A stretch of 64,000 nucleotides of DNA from Escherichia phage vB_EcoM_ESCO32, in the sequence record OM386658.1. The stretch is one strand, 5' to 3'. A model generated the notes under the pieces. That model saw nothing but the letters and a program-made list of their open reading frames with translations. It ran no database searches and was not told the DNA's origin. Made by a program: the position numbers and the translations under genes. The stretch's first letter is position 1; each line of letters begins with the position of its first letter. Positions 1-8,875 of this stretch are shown here, piece by piece.

Positions 1-44
1 ATGGAGGGGCAGGAACAGAGTATATTACTGTATAGGAGAATGCT

Positions 45-251
45 ATGGATATTACTACACTAAAGTTTATACTTCTCTTCTTACTTATAGTTATAGGATT
101 AATTGTTATACCCTATCTATATGTCTACATGTTATCTCGTAAGTATGGTTATGAGCGTATACCATTTTACTATTTAATACCTGTCTTAGTTATCTATCTA
201 TTTCTCTTTTGTAGATATTGTCCTGAACTAGTCCTGAACATTGGAAGTTAG
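45..251 (+). CDS. small hydrophobic membrane protein (hypothetical)
   Basis: 68 aa ORF with two long hydrophobic stretches (LKFILLFLLIVIGLIVIPYLYV; LIPVLVIYLFLF). No recognisable catalytic motif. Confidence 0.3.
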   Translation: MDITTLKFILLFLLIVIGLIVIPYLYVYMLSRKYGYERIPFYYLIPVLVIYLFLFCRYCPELVLNIGS

Positions 252-370
252 AACCTGTTGAAGTTTACCATCGTGTATGGAAGACAAAATACAGATCTAA
301 CAGTAATTAGTTATTGACTCTATCTACTAAATAATCTAGACTCTATGTAAAGTTTACTAAGGAGATTACT

Positions 371-535
371 ATGCAAAACATTTCTATCACTAAAACAAAA
401 AGATCTGTACCTAAACTTACTCACTCTACCTACCCTGTTATCATCCGAAAAGGAAAAGAATGGATTAAAGATGATCATGGTGGTTATGTAGAAGTGTCAA
501 AGCTGAAAGAAGCAGAAGTTAACTTTGTACGCTAA
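371..535 (+). CDS. hypothetical small basic protein (54 aa)
   Basis: ATG at 371 preceded by aaggagatt RBS; open to TAA at 533-535. Below the ORF-track size cutoff but well positioned. Confidence 0.3.
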   Translation: MQNISITKTKRSVPKLTHSTYPVIIRKGKEWIKDDHGGYVEVSKLKEAEVNFVR

Positions 536-545
536 GGAGTAGATT

Positions 546-827
546 ATGACTGAAGAGTTTAAGCAATGGTTTGATAAAAACTTTCTACCCCATCTGTGGC
601 CTAATGAAGAAGAACGTCAAGAGATGATGATCTACACTTGGCTTGCCTGGCGGGATGGCATCCGTAGCAAAGAAGCACAGGAAGAGGAACCTATTGCTTA
701 CATCTTTAAACATCCGGCAGGTAAGTTGTTTTGGGCTTTAACAGACGAAAGTAATAAAGATCACCATGATGTTATTCCTGTGTATGCCAAGAACAATGTG
801 AAGGATCAATCAGATGACAATGTATAG
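546..827 (+). CDS. hypothetical protein
   Basis: 93 aa ORF with ggagtagatt upstream of the ATG; packed head-to-tail with neighbours. Confidence 0.4.
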   Translation: MTEEFKQWFDKNFLPHLWPNEEERQEMMIYTWLAWRDGIRSKEAQEEEPIAYIFKHPAGKLFWALTDESNKDHHDVIPVYAKNNVKDQSDDNV

Positions 828-1296
828 CATATGGGGTAGAATGGGTGAAGACCATGACTACTATTGCTTGAAAAGTAACGTTGAACAGGCAGATGTTGAT
901 CAAATTATAAAGCACTACCTGAAAACATGGCGTGAGGTGGAGTTTAGAGAGTTCGCTATCCTCCATAGTCAAGAAGGAGAAAAGGAGATAGACATGAGTA
1001 CACTAACTAAAGCAGTACAAACGCATAAGGAATACGAGGAAGCAGTTAAAGACGAAGTGAACCCTACTTCACTGACGTTCGAAAACCTTACTCCTTTATT
1101 TTGGTCATATGATGGTAATGAAATTTTTACACATGATACACCAGAGGCTGTTAAAAATTGGGAAGGCTGTTGTAATTCCTATGAGGTATTATATGTCGTA
1201 GAAGAAGATGATACGTACATTATGTTCCGCATAGATAACGGTTGTGGTGATCAGTGGGATATTGTTCTTTCTAAACATTTGCAATTGGGTGGTTAA
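814..1296 (+). CDS. hypothetical protein
   Basis: 160 aa ORF overlapping the stop of the upstream gene (operon-style packing). Confidence 0.4.
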   Translation: MTMYSIWGRMGEDHDYYCLKSNVEQADVDQIIKHYLKTWREVEFREFAILHSQEGEKEIDMSTLTKAVQTHKEYEEAVKDEVNPTSLTFENLTPLFWSYDGNEIFTHDTPEAVKNWEGCCNSYEVLYVVEEDDTYIMFRIDNGCGDQWDIVLSKHLQLGG

Positions 1297-1297
1297 A

Positions 1298-1660
1298 ATG
1301 CTAAAGTACCTGATGATCACTTGGTTATGTTTACTTTCATTTGCGGGACATGCAACAGAGGGTTTTAAACTTGGTGCTGACGGTACTAAATTCTTTACAT
1401 ATTGGGGTGGGAAAGCCTTATACCAAGAAGAAAAGAATAGCATAGAGTGTACGGTTAGTAAGAAGATTAAATCAGTAGATCAATATGGGGATGCCTATAC
1501 TGGTGTAGGTTTTAACTGTGGAAAAGATTTATTTCTATTTGTTAAGAAGTATTTAGATGTTAACCTTGTATTGCTTATTGTTGTAGATCCTGCTAAGTTT
1601 GAAGAGCGTAAAGCATATCGTGCAGATATGTTCCTAGAATATGATGATAAGGAGAAATAA
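1298..1660 (+). CDS. putative secreted protein with N-terminal signal peptide
   Basis: ATG at 1298 gives MLKYLMITWLCLLSFAGHA..., a signal-peptide-like N-terminus. The track ORF begins further upstream at 1244. Confidence 0.4.
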   Translation: MLKYLMITWLCLLSFAGHATEGFKLGADGTKFFTYWGGKALYQEEKNSIECTVSKKIKSVDQYGDAYTGVGFNCGKDLFLFVKKYLDVNLVLLIVVDPAKFEERKAYRADMFLEYDDKEK

Positions 1661-2011
1661 ATGCTTGATGTAATTATTAATGGTGTTAAATATATTCCTT
1701 ATGTAGAGAAAAGCAATCCTGATGCCTTGGATGTTATGTTTGAGGATTCAGATCTTGGTACTGTCACTGTACGGGAATATTTCCGACAACTACTCTCTAC
1801 GTTATGGAGAGAAGAAGAGTGTTTTAATGGTAAACGTCCATTTGGTAACTCATGCTGGCAATTTGATATGATCCGCGCCTTAATTGAGGCAGGGTATATT
1901 GAAGGTACAGTTGTGTACGATGAAGATGGATATCCAGAAGAGACTGACTACGACAGCAAAGAAGCTAATAAATTTATACAGGGCTTGATTGCACAGATGT
2001 GTTTGGGTTAA
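1661..2011 (+). CDS. hypothetical protein
   Basis: 116 aa ORF starting immediately after the upstream stop. Confidence 0.4.
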   Translation: MLDVIINGVKYIPYVEKSNPDALDVMFEDSDLGTVTVREYFRQLLSTLWREEECFNGKRPFGNSCWQFDMIRALIEAGYIEGTVVYDEDGYPEETDYDSKEANKFIQGLIAQMCLG

Positions 2012-2012
2012 T

Positions 2013-2399
2013 ATGAAAGTATTAAATTTTTACCACTTAGGTAAAGTAATACCTGAAGGTGCAGTTTACATTGGCAGAGCTATGCCTCATATGGGGTTAA
2101 AAGCCTCAAAGTTTGCAAATCCTTTTAAGTTAAAGGATGATGAACCACGAGGGTCAACTATACAAAGATATAAAGAGTGGTTGTGGGAACAAATTCGTTG
2201 TGGTAAAATCACTCTTGAGGATTTGTTAGAATTAGAAGGGAAAGACTTAGTTTGCTTCTGCGCACCTCAACCTTGTCATGGTGATGTGTTGGTAGCAGCG
2301 GTTGCTTGGGCTAGAACAGAGTGGGATAAAAGGCATCCTACTTACACAGATGATTATTGGATTTGGGAGGATATTTATGAAGACTACACAAGAAATTAA
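2013..2399 (+). CDS. DUF4326-like protein
   Basis: VYIGRAMP...KFANPF...YKEWL...GKDLVCFCAPQPCHGDVL matches my memory of the DUF4326 signature (YxGR, NPF, CxC-P-x-CHGDVL). Confidence 0.45.
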   Translation: MKVLNFYHLGKVIPEGAVYIGRAMPHMGLKASKFANPFKLKDDEPRGSTIQRYKEWLWEQIRCGKITLEDLLELEGKDLVCFCAPQPCHGDVLVAAVAWARTEWDKRHPTYTDDYWIWEDIYEDYTRN

Positions 2400-2742
2400 G
2401 GTATTTGATCTGTCAGGCTTAGATATGGAAAAAGCAACCCTGTATCATCACGATAAAGATAATATTACGTACATCTACATCGGAGCAGATAAATATAACA
2501 TTCCTGAAAACTCCCTAGCGGTAATGAAGGAAGGGGATATGCCTTTGCAAGAGAAGATGATTGGTTTTTCCTTTCGTCAAGATGTTAAGATGGATGGTGT
2601 TATTGCTATCTTCCAGGTAGACGAGTTTTATATGGTTACTTTTGTCACACCAAATTTCACCAATATCAATGGGGAAGAGGCAGCAAACGATGTTATTGTT
2701 CTAACGTTGGGTAATGCCTTAAAAGATTTAGAAAACGTTTAA
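2377..2742 (+). CDS. hypothetical protein
   Basis: ATG at 2377 (MKTTQEIKVFDL) preceded by a GA-rich stretch; the track ORF starts upstream at 2302. Confidence 0.4.
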   Translation: MKTTQEIKVFDLSGLDMEKATLYHHDKDNITYIYIGADKYNIPENSLAVMKEGDMPLQEKMIGFSFRQDVKMDGVIAIFQVDEFYMVTFVTPNFTNINGEEAANDVIVLTLGNALKDLENV

Positions 2743-2763
2743 CAAACCAATAAGGAAAATATA

Positions 2764-3279
2764 ATGTTTTTTGATGCTCAATCTCCACTTGTTGACTCTG
2801 TAAGCAGGGCGGTAATATATCCAGACTTTGATGAAAGAGAAATATGGCTTAAGGAACACCACTATGATCCAGAAAATGTCAACTGGTGCAATCTGGATGT
2901 TGGTAAGTATCCGCGAGATAAGGGCATCTTGAAATATTATGCTTGCTATACGGTGGATAACATCTATGAATACTACGTGTTTCGTAGTTTGATTATCCAT
3001 TTAAATAAATTGGGTGCTCTAACAGGGGATTCTCAATTCACTCTAGGCCACTATAAACCATTTAAGAAAGGTGGAGAGCACTTTCCAAGCAATTGGATTA
3101 TACAAACATTAAAAGATAATTCTCGTGCTAGTGATGTTATCCCAGACAAAAAAGAAAAGTGGACATGGCATGAGCAAATGGAGTATATTATACAACATAT
3201 GCCACAACGTGTATTGTATGAGGAAAAGTTGGTCAACCGTTGTGCCGAGTTAATACAGATTGTTAAAGGGTTTTACTAG
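2764..3279 (+). CDS. hypothetical protein
   Basis: 171 aa ORF with aaggaaaatata upstream of the ATG. Confidence 0.4.
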   Translation: MFFDAQSPLVDSVSRAVIYPDFDEREIWLKEHHYDPENVNWCNLDVGKYPRDKGILKYYACYTVDNIYEYYVFRSLIIHLNKLGALTGDSQFTLGHYKPFKKGGEHFPSNWIIQTLKDNSRASDVIPDKKEKWTWHEQMEYIIQHMPQRVLYEEKLVNRCAELIQIVKGFY

Positions 3280-3287
3280 GGGGAAAT

Positions 3288-3764
3288 ATGTCTAAACGTT
3301 TTGGTCGTAATCAAAAAAGAAAGTTAAGTGCTCAACTAGCAGCTTTGCAAAAAGAGGTTAACACTTTACAAAAAAGTGTTTGTGAACTTAAGGAACAAAA
3401 CCAACTTGAAAAAGAGTGTATCCAGCTTACACAGGAAGTTATTGGTGAGTATTTTCCTTCACTAGTTCCTAAGAAGGTGGCTCTTAGGGAAAATCTACCT
3501 TTTACCTTGTCCTTAATGCAAGCAAATGATAGATTCCAAACTGAAACTGATGATTTGATGTTTGCAATGCATCAATTACATGGTTTAGAATATACAGCAC
3601 AAGTGGATAAACTTCGTAACATGTTATATGTGCGGGTAGAAACACCTAAAGGTGAGACAGTAGCTTTTAATTATAATTTCCAACAGCTACCTGATCATAT
3701 TATTGAACAAATTTTAAAACGAGATTTTGTTCCTATGCTTGTTAAACAAATTAAGAGAGGTTGA
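3288..3764 (+). CDS. hypothetical protein with N-terminal coiled-coil-like segment
   Basis: 158 aa; gggggaaat RBS; N-terminal heptad-like sequence (LSAQLAALQKEVNTLQKSVCELKEQNQLEKE). Confidence 0.4.
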   Translation: MSKRFGRNQKRKLSAQLAALQKEVNTLQKSVCELKEQNQLEKECIQLTQEVIGEYFPSLVPKKVALRENLPFTLSLMQANDRFQTETDDLMFAMHQLHGLEYTAQVDKLRNMLYVRVETPKGETVAFNYNFQQLPDHIIEQILKRDFVPMLVKQIKRG

Positions 3765-3765
3765 A

Positions 3766-6540
3766 ATGGCTAAGAAAGAGTTGAGCTTCACTCCGACAGA
3801 AGAGCAAACAGCTATTAAGGAGGCTTTTCCAGACCATCGCTTTTTAACTATCCAAGCTAAATCTGGGTCAGGCAAAACGTCAACACTTTATTTGCTGGCT
3901 AACAGTACAGAAGATCGCATTCTTTACTTAGCTTTCAATAAAAGCATGGCAGAAGAAGCACGACGTAAGATGCCACTAAATGTAGAATGCCGTACATTGC
4001 ATTCTATTTGCTATCAATTCCTGGATCATCGTTTACGTGCAAAACTGTCACGACCAGAAGGACAGTATGTTAACGTTGCAGGTACAGGTAGTGAGATAGC
4101 AAAGAAATTTAAGATTAATAATCTTATTGATAAACGAGGGAAAACACTTTTAACTCGTGCTATGATCGGTTTAATGATCAAGCAAACCGTAGGTAAGTTT
4201 GAATTTTCGGATGATCCTTTTATCAGCCGTAAACATTTTCCTAGTGTACATCTTGCAGATATTAAAAGAAAAGGTATTAACGAACACAAACTAATTACAG
4301 AAGTAGTTAAGTATGCAAAACAATTGTGGCGAGAGCGCATCGATCCTAACACAGACACTTTGATGACGCATGACACCTATGTAAAATTGTTTGAATTATC
4401 TGGTGCTGATCTTGGTTATGATATTATTTTTGGTGATGAATTCCAGGATGTTAACCCTGCATTCTTATCTATTCTGCGAAATGCTAAATCTGCAAAACAA
4501 ATTGTGGTAGTGGGCGATGAATTCCAATGTGTGTCGGAAAACACGGTACTTAATACCGAGAATGGTCAGGTTACAATGAAAGACCTGCAAATCGGTGATA
4601 AGGTAGAGTCTTATTCTAATGGTAAAGTTACATTTAGAAAAGTAACAAATAAGACTTTATCTACACGTACAAAAGGTAGGAATATTATTACTGCCACAGG
4701 TAAAACTTTAGATATGACACATAACCATCGTATTTGGGCTTCATCCTATGTTCTGAAAGATGATCAGATGGTGGTATACCTAATGTGGAGGAAAGATTTA
4801 GGTTTCCGAGTAGGGATCACTAACAAATTCGATGATAAAGAAGGTTTTTCTAAACTGGGGCAACGTACACGTTCTGAAAAAGCACAGAAATTGTGGGTGT
4901 TGGATATTGTTGAAAACCGTGAAGCTGCTATGGAAAAAGAAATGGCATACAGTTTACAATATGGCATTCCTACTTGTGTATTTGAAGCAAGTTCACGCGG
5001 CATTAATCAAGAAAGGATCAATAACATTTTTGAACAATTCGGACAAAACGGTTTTAAACTTTTAGAGGATAAAGATTATCATTTTGCTTATCCACATTGG
5101 CACAGCATCAATTGTGCAGTAGATGAAAGAAAAATGTTAACAGTGACTTTGCGAGCACAAGGTTGTAAAGGAACACAAGTTAGTTTTGAGTGGACAGAAA
5201 GTGAAATGTCAATCTATGCTTCACTCATTGAAGCAGGTGTAAGCGTAAGTGTTGCTAAGTTGGAAGGTCGTTACCGTGTACGTAAATATTTCAATTCTTA
5301 TCGTGAAGCATTGAGTTTTGCACAAAAGATCCTTGAAATAGTGCCGTTTGCATCTTTAAAAGAATGCATGTCCTCTGTGAACACCGCCAAATATACTTTA
5401 ATTCCGGCGGCGGGTTTGTTTAAAGGCATGTCTGTGTTGGTAAAAGATGGTGATACTGTAACGGCAGAAGAAATTGTGGACATTGTAGATAGTGAAGGTA
5501 TCTATTATGATATTGAAGTAGAGGATACTGCTAACTTCTTTGGCAATGAAATTCTTAGCCACAACTGCATTTATCAATTTAGAGGTAGCTCTAATATGAT
5601 GATTGAAACAGCTAAGTATGGGGCAGAGCTTCCATTAACTGCTTGCTTCCGTTTTGGCCCCAAAGTGGCAAACATTGCCAATATGATTTTAAGCGATAAA
5701 GAACCTTTGCGTCATCCTTTGGTTGGTAAAGGCTTTGATACTGTAGTAGGTAGCTACAAATCAGATGTTGTAGACTATACAAAACCTTACACTATCATCT
5801 TTCGCAAGAATTTAACCTTGCTTATGGAGGCAATGGATCGTATTGCAGATGGGGAAGAAATTATTATTAACGTAGACACCAGGGATTTTATCTCTATGGT
5901 AGATAGTGTTAATGCTCTTCGGAGAGGAGATATTGAGAAAGTAAAACATGAAACTGTATTACCTTACGCAGACTGGGATGAATTTGTTGAGTGTGCAGAG
6001 GCTGATCCAGATGCTAAACGCTTGTTAAACATTGTAGTTTCTGGTAAGGCAAACACTATAGCACATACACTTAGAACGCATAGAAATTCTCCTACAGCAA
6101 AAGTCACACTGACTACAGCACATAAGTCTAAAGGTTTGGAGTGGGATCAGGTTATTGTTGCTAATGATTTTCCTTCCAATTATGATAAAAAGACTGGTGA
6201 GTGGGTAGGACTAGAAGAGGCAGAGCGAAACCTACTGTATGTAGCGCATACCCGTTGTGTTAAATGCTTACAATGGAACACAACCGTACAGGAGATTATA
6301 GATATCAACCGTGTTGCAACAGAGAAAGTACCAACAAGCACCACTTTACCGATCAATGGTATTAAACTTGGTGTATTTGGCGCTGGCACATCTCGAAAAG
6401 CTGTAGAAAAATTTGTTGCAGATTCTTTTGATGGTAACTATAATCATGCACAAGCATATGAGAGTTGGCTAGAGGAAGGTGAAGGTGATTTTTTAGGTGA
6501 AATAAATCTTTTACCAGACATAAATAAACTGGTAAACTAA
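3766..6540 (+). CDS. UvrD/Rep-like superfamily I DNA helicase, interrupted by an intein
   Basis: Walker A AKSGSGKTST; motif II GDEFQDV; motif III split as VVVGDEFQ | intein | CIYQFRGSS. Likely start is MAKKEL at 3766 right after the upstream stop. Confidence 0.7.
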   Translation: MAKKELSFTPTEEQTAIKEAFPDHRFLTIQAKSGSGKTSTLYLLANSTEDRILYLAFNKSMAEEARRKMPLNVECRTLHSICYQFLDHRLRAKLSRPEGQYVNVAGTGSEIAKKFKINNLIDKRGKTLLTRAMIGLMIKQTVGKFEFSDDPFISRKHFPSVHLADIKRKGINEHKLITEVVKYAKQLWRERIDPNTDTLMTHDTYVKLFELSGADLGYDIIFGDEFQDVNPAFLSILRNAKSAKQIVVVGDEFQCVSENTVLNTENGQVTMKDLQIGDKVESYSNGKVTFRKVTNKTLSTRTKGRNIITATGKTLDMTHNHRIWASSYVLKDDQMVVYLMWRKDLGFRVGITNKFDDKEGFSKLGQRTRSEKAQKLWVLDIVENREAAMEKEMAYSLQYGIPTCVFEASSRGINQERINNIFEQFGQNGFKLLEDKDYHFAYPHWHSINCAVDERKMLTVTLRAQGCKGTQVSFEWTESEMSIYASLIEAGVSVSVAKLEGRYRVRKYFNSYREALSFAQKILEIVPFASLKECMSSVNTAKYTLIPAAGLFKGMSVLVKDGDTVTAEEIVDIVDSEGIYYDIEVEDTANFFGNEILSHNCIYQFRGSSNMMIETAKYGAELPLTACFRFGPKVANIANMILSDKEPLRHPLVGKGFDTVVGSYKSDVVDYTKPYTIIFRKNLTLLMEAMDRIADGEEIIINVDTRDFISMVDSVNALRRGDIEKVKHETVLPYADWDEFVECAEADPDAKRLLNIVVSGKANTIAHTLRTHRNSPTAKVTLTTAHKSKGLEWDQVIVANDFPSNYDKKTGEWVGLEEAERNLLYVAHTRCVKCLQWNTTVQEIIDINRVATEKVPTSTTLPINGIKLGVFGAGTSRKAVEKFVADSFDGNYNHAQAYESWLEEGEGDFLGEINLLPDINKLVN
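4528..5565 (+). mobile_element. intein (about 346 aa) inside helicase motif III, with a possible degenerate endonuclease core
   Basis: Begins with Cys (CVSENTVLNTENGQVTMKDLQIGDKV, block A-like); block B-like TxxH (MTHNHRIW); ends YYDIEVEDTANFFGNEILSHN followed by +1 Cys. The flanking exteins rejoin into a canonical helicase motif III. Confidence 0.6.
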
Positions 6541-6550
6541 GGGGGTTAAA

Positions 6551-6802
6551 GTGGCAGGGTATCATTTGAAGGAGATTAGCAAAGAGGAATATGGTTCTGT
6601 TGCTAAGATTCAAGAAGAGCTTTATGAACTTCAAGATGCTATTGATCAAGATTGCAAGCTGATGCAACTTATTGAGTTATCAGATATTGTAGGCGCTGTT
6701 GAAGGTGTTCTTGAACAGCATTTTCCTGGTATGACGCTTCAAGATTTGATCACTATGTCAAACATTACTAAACGTGCATTCCGCAATGGAGGTCGATCAT
6801 GA
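6551..6802 (+). CDS. MazG-like nucleotide pyrophosphohydrolase domain protein (putative)
   Basis: 83 aa, GTG start; IQEELYELQDAIDQD...LIELSDIVGAVEGVL resembles the EExxE...E/D-x-x-D helical signature of small MazG-like proteins. Confidence 0.3.
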   Translation: MAGYHLKEISKEEYGSVAKIQEELYELQDAIDQDCKLMQLIELSDIVGAVEGVLEQHFPGMTLQDLITMSNITKRAFRNGGRS

Positions 6803-7371
6803 ATGTTGCAGTAATAGCTCAAGCTATTGATTACTATGGTCGATTTGCACAAATGTTAGAAGTTCCATATCTCGTGGATGCTGATATACTGGCGTATACA
6901 CTACCAGAAAATAAAGAGGATCGCCCATTAGGGCATCCTAACGGTAAATACTATGTAGCTAGTGCAGAACAATCTTTCCTGCAAATGGAGAAGGATGGTT
7001 TTGAATTTGCAGTAGGTAATCCGTATATGGCACTAACACCATGTTACCGCACAGAAGAAAATTTAGATGATACCCATTTTAATATTTTCTTGAAATTGGA
7101 GTTGATTGAGTTCTACCCTGATGCTACAATTGAAGAGTATGCTAACTCTATACGCTGTTTCTTCTCTACTTATTATGGAGTTAAAACATATTTAGTACCC
7201 ACTAATATTGGGGTTGACGTAGAGGATGAATATGGTTTAGAATTAGGTTCATTCGGTATGAGGGAGTCTCCAAGAGGTCATCCTTATATCTATGCAACAG
7301 GTATTGCGGAGCCTAGGGCTTCACTGGCAATAAACCGTGTTGTAAATAACATTCAAAGCATTAGCAAATAA
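6799..7371 (+). CDS. class II aminoacyl-tRNA synthetase-like minimal catalytic core (putative)
   Basis: CYRTEENLDDTHFNIFLKLELIEFY resembles class II motif 2 of the LysRS/EpmA group (FRNEG...HNPEFT..E.Y); ATGIAEPRASLAI resembles motif 3 (GxGxxxR). Only 190 aa, so truncated relative to real synthetases. Confidence 0.25.
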   Translation: MNVAVIAQAIDYYGRFAQMLEVPYLVDADILAYTLPENKEDRPLGHPNGKYYVASAEQSFLQMEKDGFEFAVGNPYMALTPCYRTEENLDDTHFNIFLKLELIEFYPDATIEEYANSIRCFFSTYYGVKTYLVPTNIGVDVEDEYGLELGSFGMRESPRGHPYIYATGIAEPRASLAINRVVNNIQSISK

Positions 7372-7383
7372 AAGGAGAATAGA

Positions 7384-7818
7384 ATGTCTATTGTGACACA
7401 AATGAAAGCAGATCGTATCTTAGCACGTACAACCGATAAGGGTGCTTTTGCTTTGTTAACTAATATTATTGGTGAGTTTGACCTTGCTCGTACTCAAAAG
7501 GCAAATCTAAACAAATCAGAAGACGATATTATGATTAACATTGTTAAGATTGGTATTGCACACGCTAAAGAGGAACTAGACTCACTTAAGAAAGTTAATG
7601 CCTCCATTAGCAAATGTGAGCGAGCTATGCGTGATATCACCACTCTGGAAAAATATTTGCCAGAAATGCTATCTGAAGATGATCTTCGAGCTATTGCTGA
7701 AGAATTTGCCTTGACAGGCAAGAAAATGCCAGATATGATGAAACACCTTAAAGCAGAGTATCCGAATCAATATGATGGAAAACTTGCTTCTACCATTGCA
7801 AAAGAAATTTTAAACTAA
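7384..7818 (+). CDS. GatB/YqeY-domain protein
   Basis: LEKYLPEMLSEDDLRAIAEE and MPDMMKHLKAEYPNQYDGKLASTIAKEIL match the conserved C-terminal blocks of YqeY/GatB-C domain proteins as I recall them (..EYLP.QLSEEEL.. and ..MGKVMG....GKADGK.V...VKE.L). Confidence 0.5.
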   Translation: MSIVTQMKADRILARTTDKGAFALLTNIIGEFDLARTQKANLNKSEDDIMINIVKIGIAHAKEELDSLKKVNASISKCERAMRDITTLEKYLPEMLSEDDLRAIAEEFALTGKKMPDMMKHLKAEYPNQYDGKLASTIAKEILN

Positions 7819-7835
7819 TTTAGAAGGAGAACATA

Positions 7836-8786
7836 ATGATTGCATTTTACGCTAATAAACTGGAAGTTAAAAAAGCAGCAGAAGAGATGGGTATCCTGCA
7901 TATTCTTAACGAAGCAATTCACAAGAGTTTTGGTTACACAACTGAAGCAGAAATCAATGATCTGATTCACAGTGTTAATGATTTGTTCTTCTACCCTAAC
8001 TTTCTACAGCAGTTAGATGGTTGTGGATTTGAATATATGGAGCTTCATCCTGAATATACATTTATGGAAGTAACACCTGAAGGTTTTCTGGAGATTATTC
8101 GTACTGAATATCTTGCTAAAGAGGATAAAGAAAAAGATATGGCTGAAAAAGTACAACTGACTGTGCATAATACGTGTTTCCTGGATACTGAGGCCACGGA
8201 AGAAAATATTAATTATCTGCTTTCCGTTTGTAATCCTCGTTGTCCACAACCACATTGGAAAAATGCAGATCATTATCTAATGTATTCAACTGAAGAAAAC
8301 ATTACTTTCTTCGATGAAAACAGTGGTATTAATGGTGCACATAAGAATTCTCCATATAGGAAAGATCGGTTTGTAGTTGATGTAAAAACATTTACTAAAC
8401 TGTTTGATGAGTATTATTCAAAAAATGAAAGTAAGACTGAATCTTCACCAAAACCACGTTTTCGCCGACCGCGTAAACCTGTGCCTACTCGTTCTGTAAG
8501 TTATGTTCGTATCATTTACACTACACAGCAGGTATATACTCTTAAGAACGTAAGTGCTCTTACTGTACAAGAAGATGCAATTAATATTGTGCGCAATAAT
8601 GTTATTACAGAGGGTATTGAGGAAAAGATTATGTCTGTTATCGATCCTAAACTTGTTATGGCAATCATTATTAATGAACCAAAAGGTGTAACAACATTGT
8701 TCCGAAATATTCACGGTACTTGGGAAACTCAAGTTGACGGTTTGACTTCTGACGGTTGTACACGTATTACCAAAAACCTTGACTAA
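7836..8786 (+). CDS. hypothetical protein
   Basis: 316 aa ORF with aaggagaacata RBS. Confidence 0.4.
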   Translation: MIAFYANKLEVKKAAEEMGILHILNEAIHKSFGYTTEAEINDLIHSVNDLFFYPNFLQQLDGCGFEYMELHPEYTFMEVTPEGFLEIIRTEYLAKEDKEKDMAEKVQLTVHNTCFLDTEATEENINYLLSVCNPRCPQPHWKNADHYLMYSTEENITFFDENSGINGAHKNSPYRKDRFVVDVKTFTKLFDEYYSKNESKTESSPKPRFRRPRKPVPTRSVSYVRIIYTTQQVYTLKNVSALTVQEDAINIVRNNVITEGIEEKIMSVIDPKLVMAIIINEPKGVTTLFRNIHGTWETQVDGLTSDGCTRITKNLD

Positions 8787-8833
8787 GATCAAGGACAATC
8801 TTACGAAAAAGATTTAAAATAAAGATCCACCCT

Positions 8834-8862
8834 AAAGCCAGCTTAATGCTGGCTTTTATTTT
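8834..8862 (+). terminator. intrinsic terminator-like hairpin
   Basis: aaagccagc-ttaat-gctggcttt followed by a T run (tttatttt). Confidence 0.5.
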
Positions 8863-8875
8863 CCACGGAGGATTA

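Noticed and set aside
4026-4376. 116 aa minus-strand ORF inside the helicase gene (similar antisense ORFs at 4764-5003, 5298-5483, 6180-6389)
   Set aside because: Antisense to a motif-supported helicase/intein ORF, with low-complexity Ser/Leu/Arg-rich translations. Treated as spurious.
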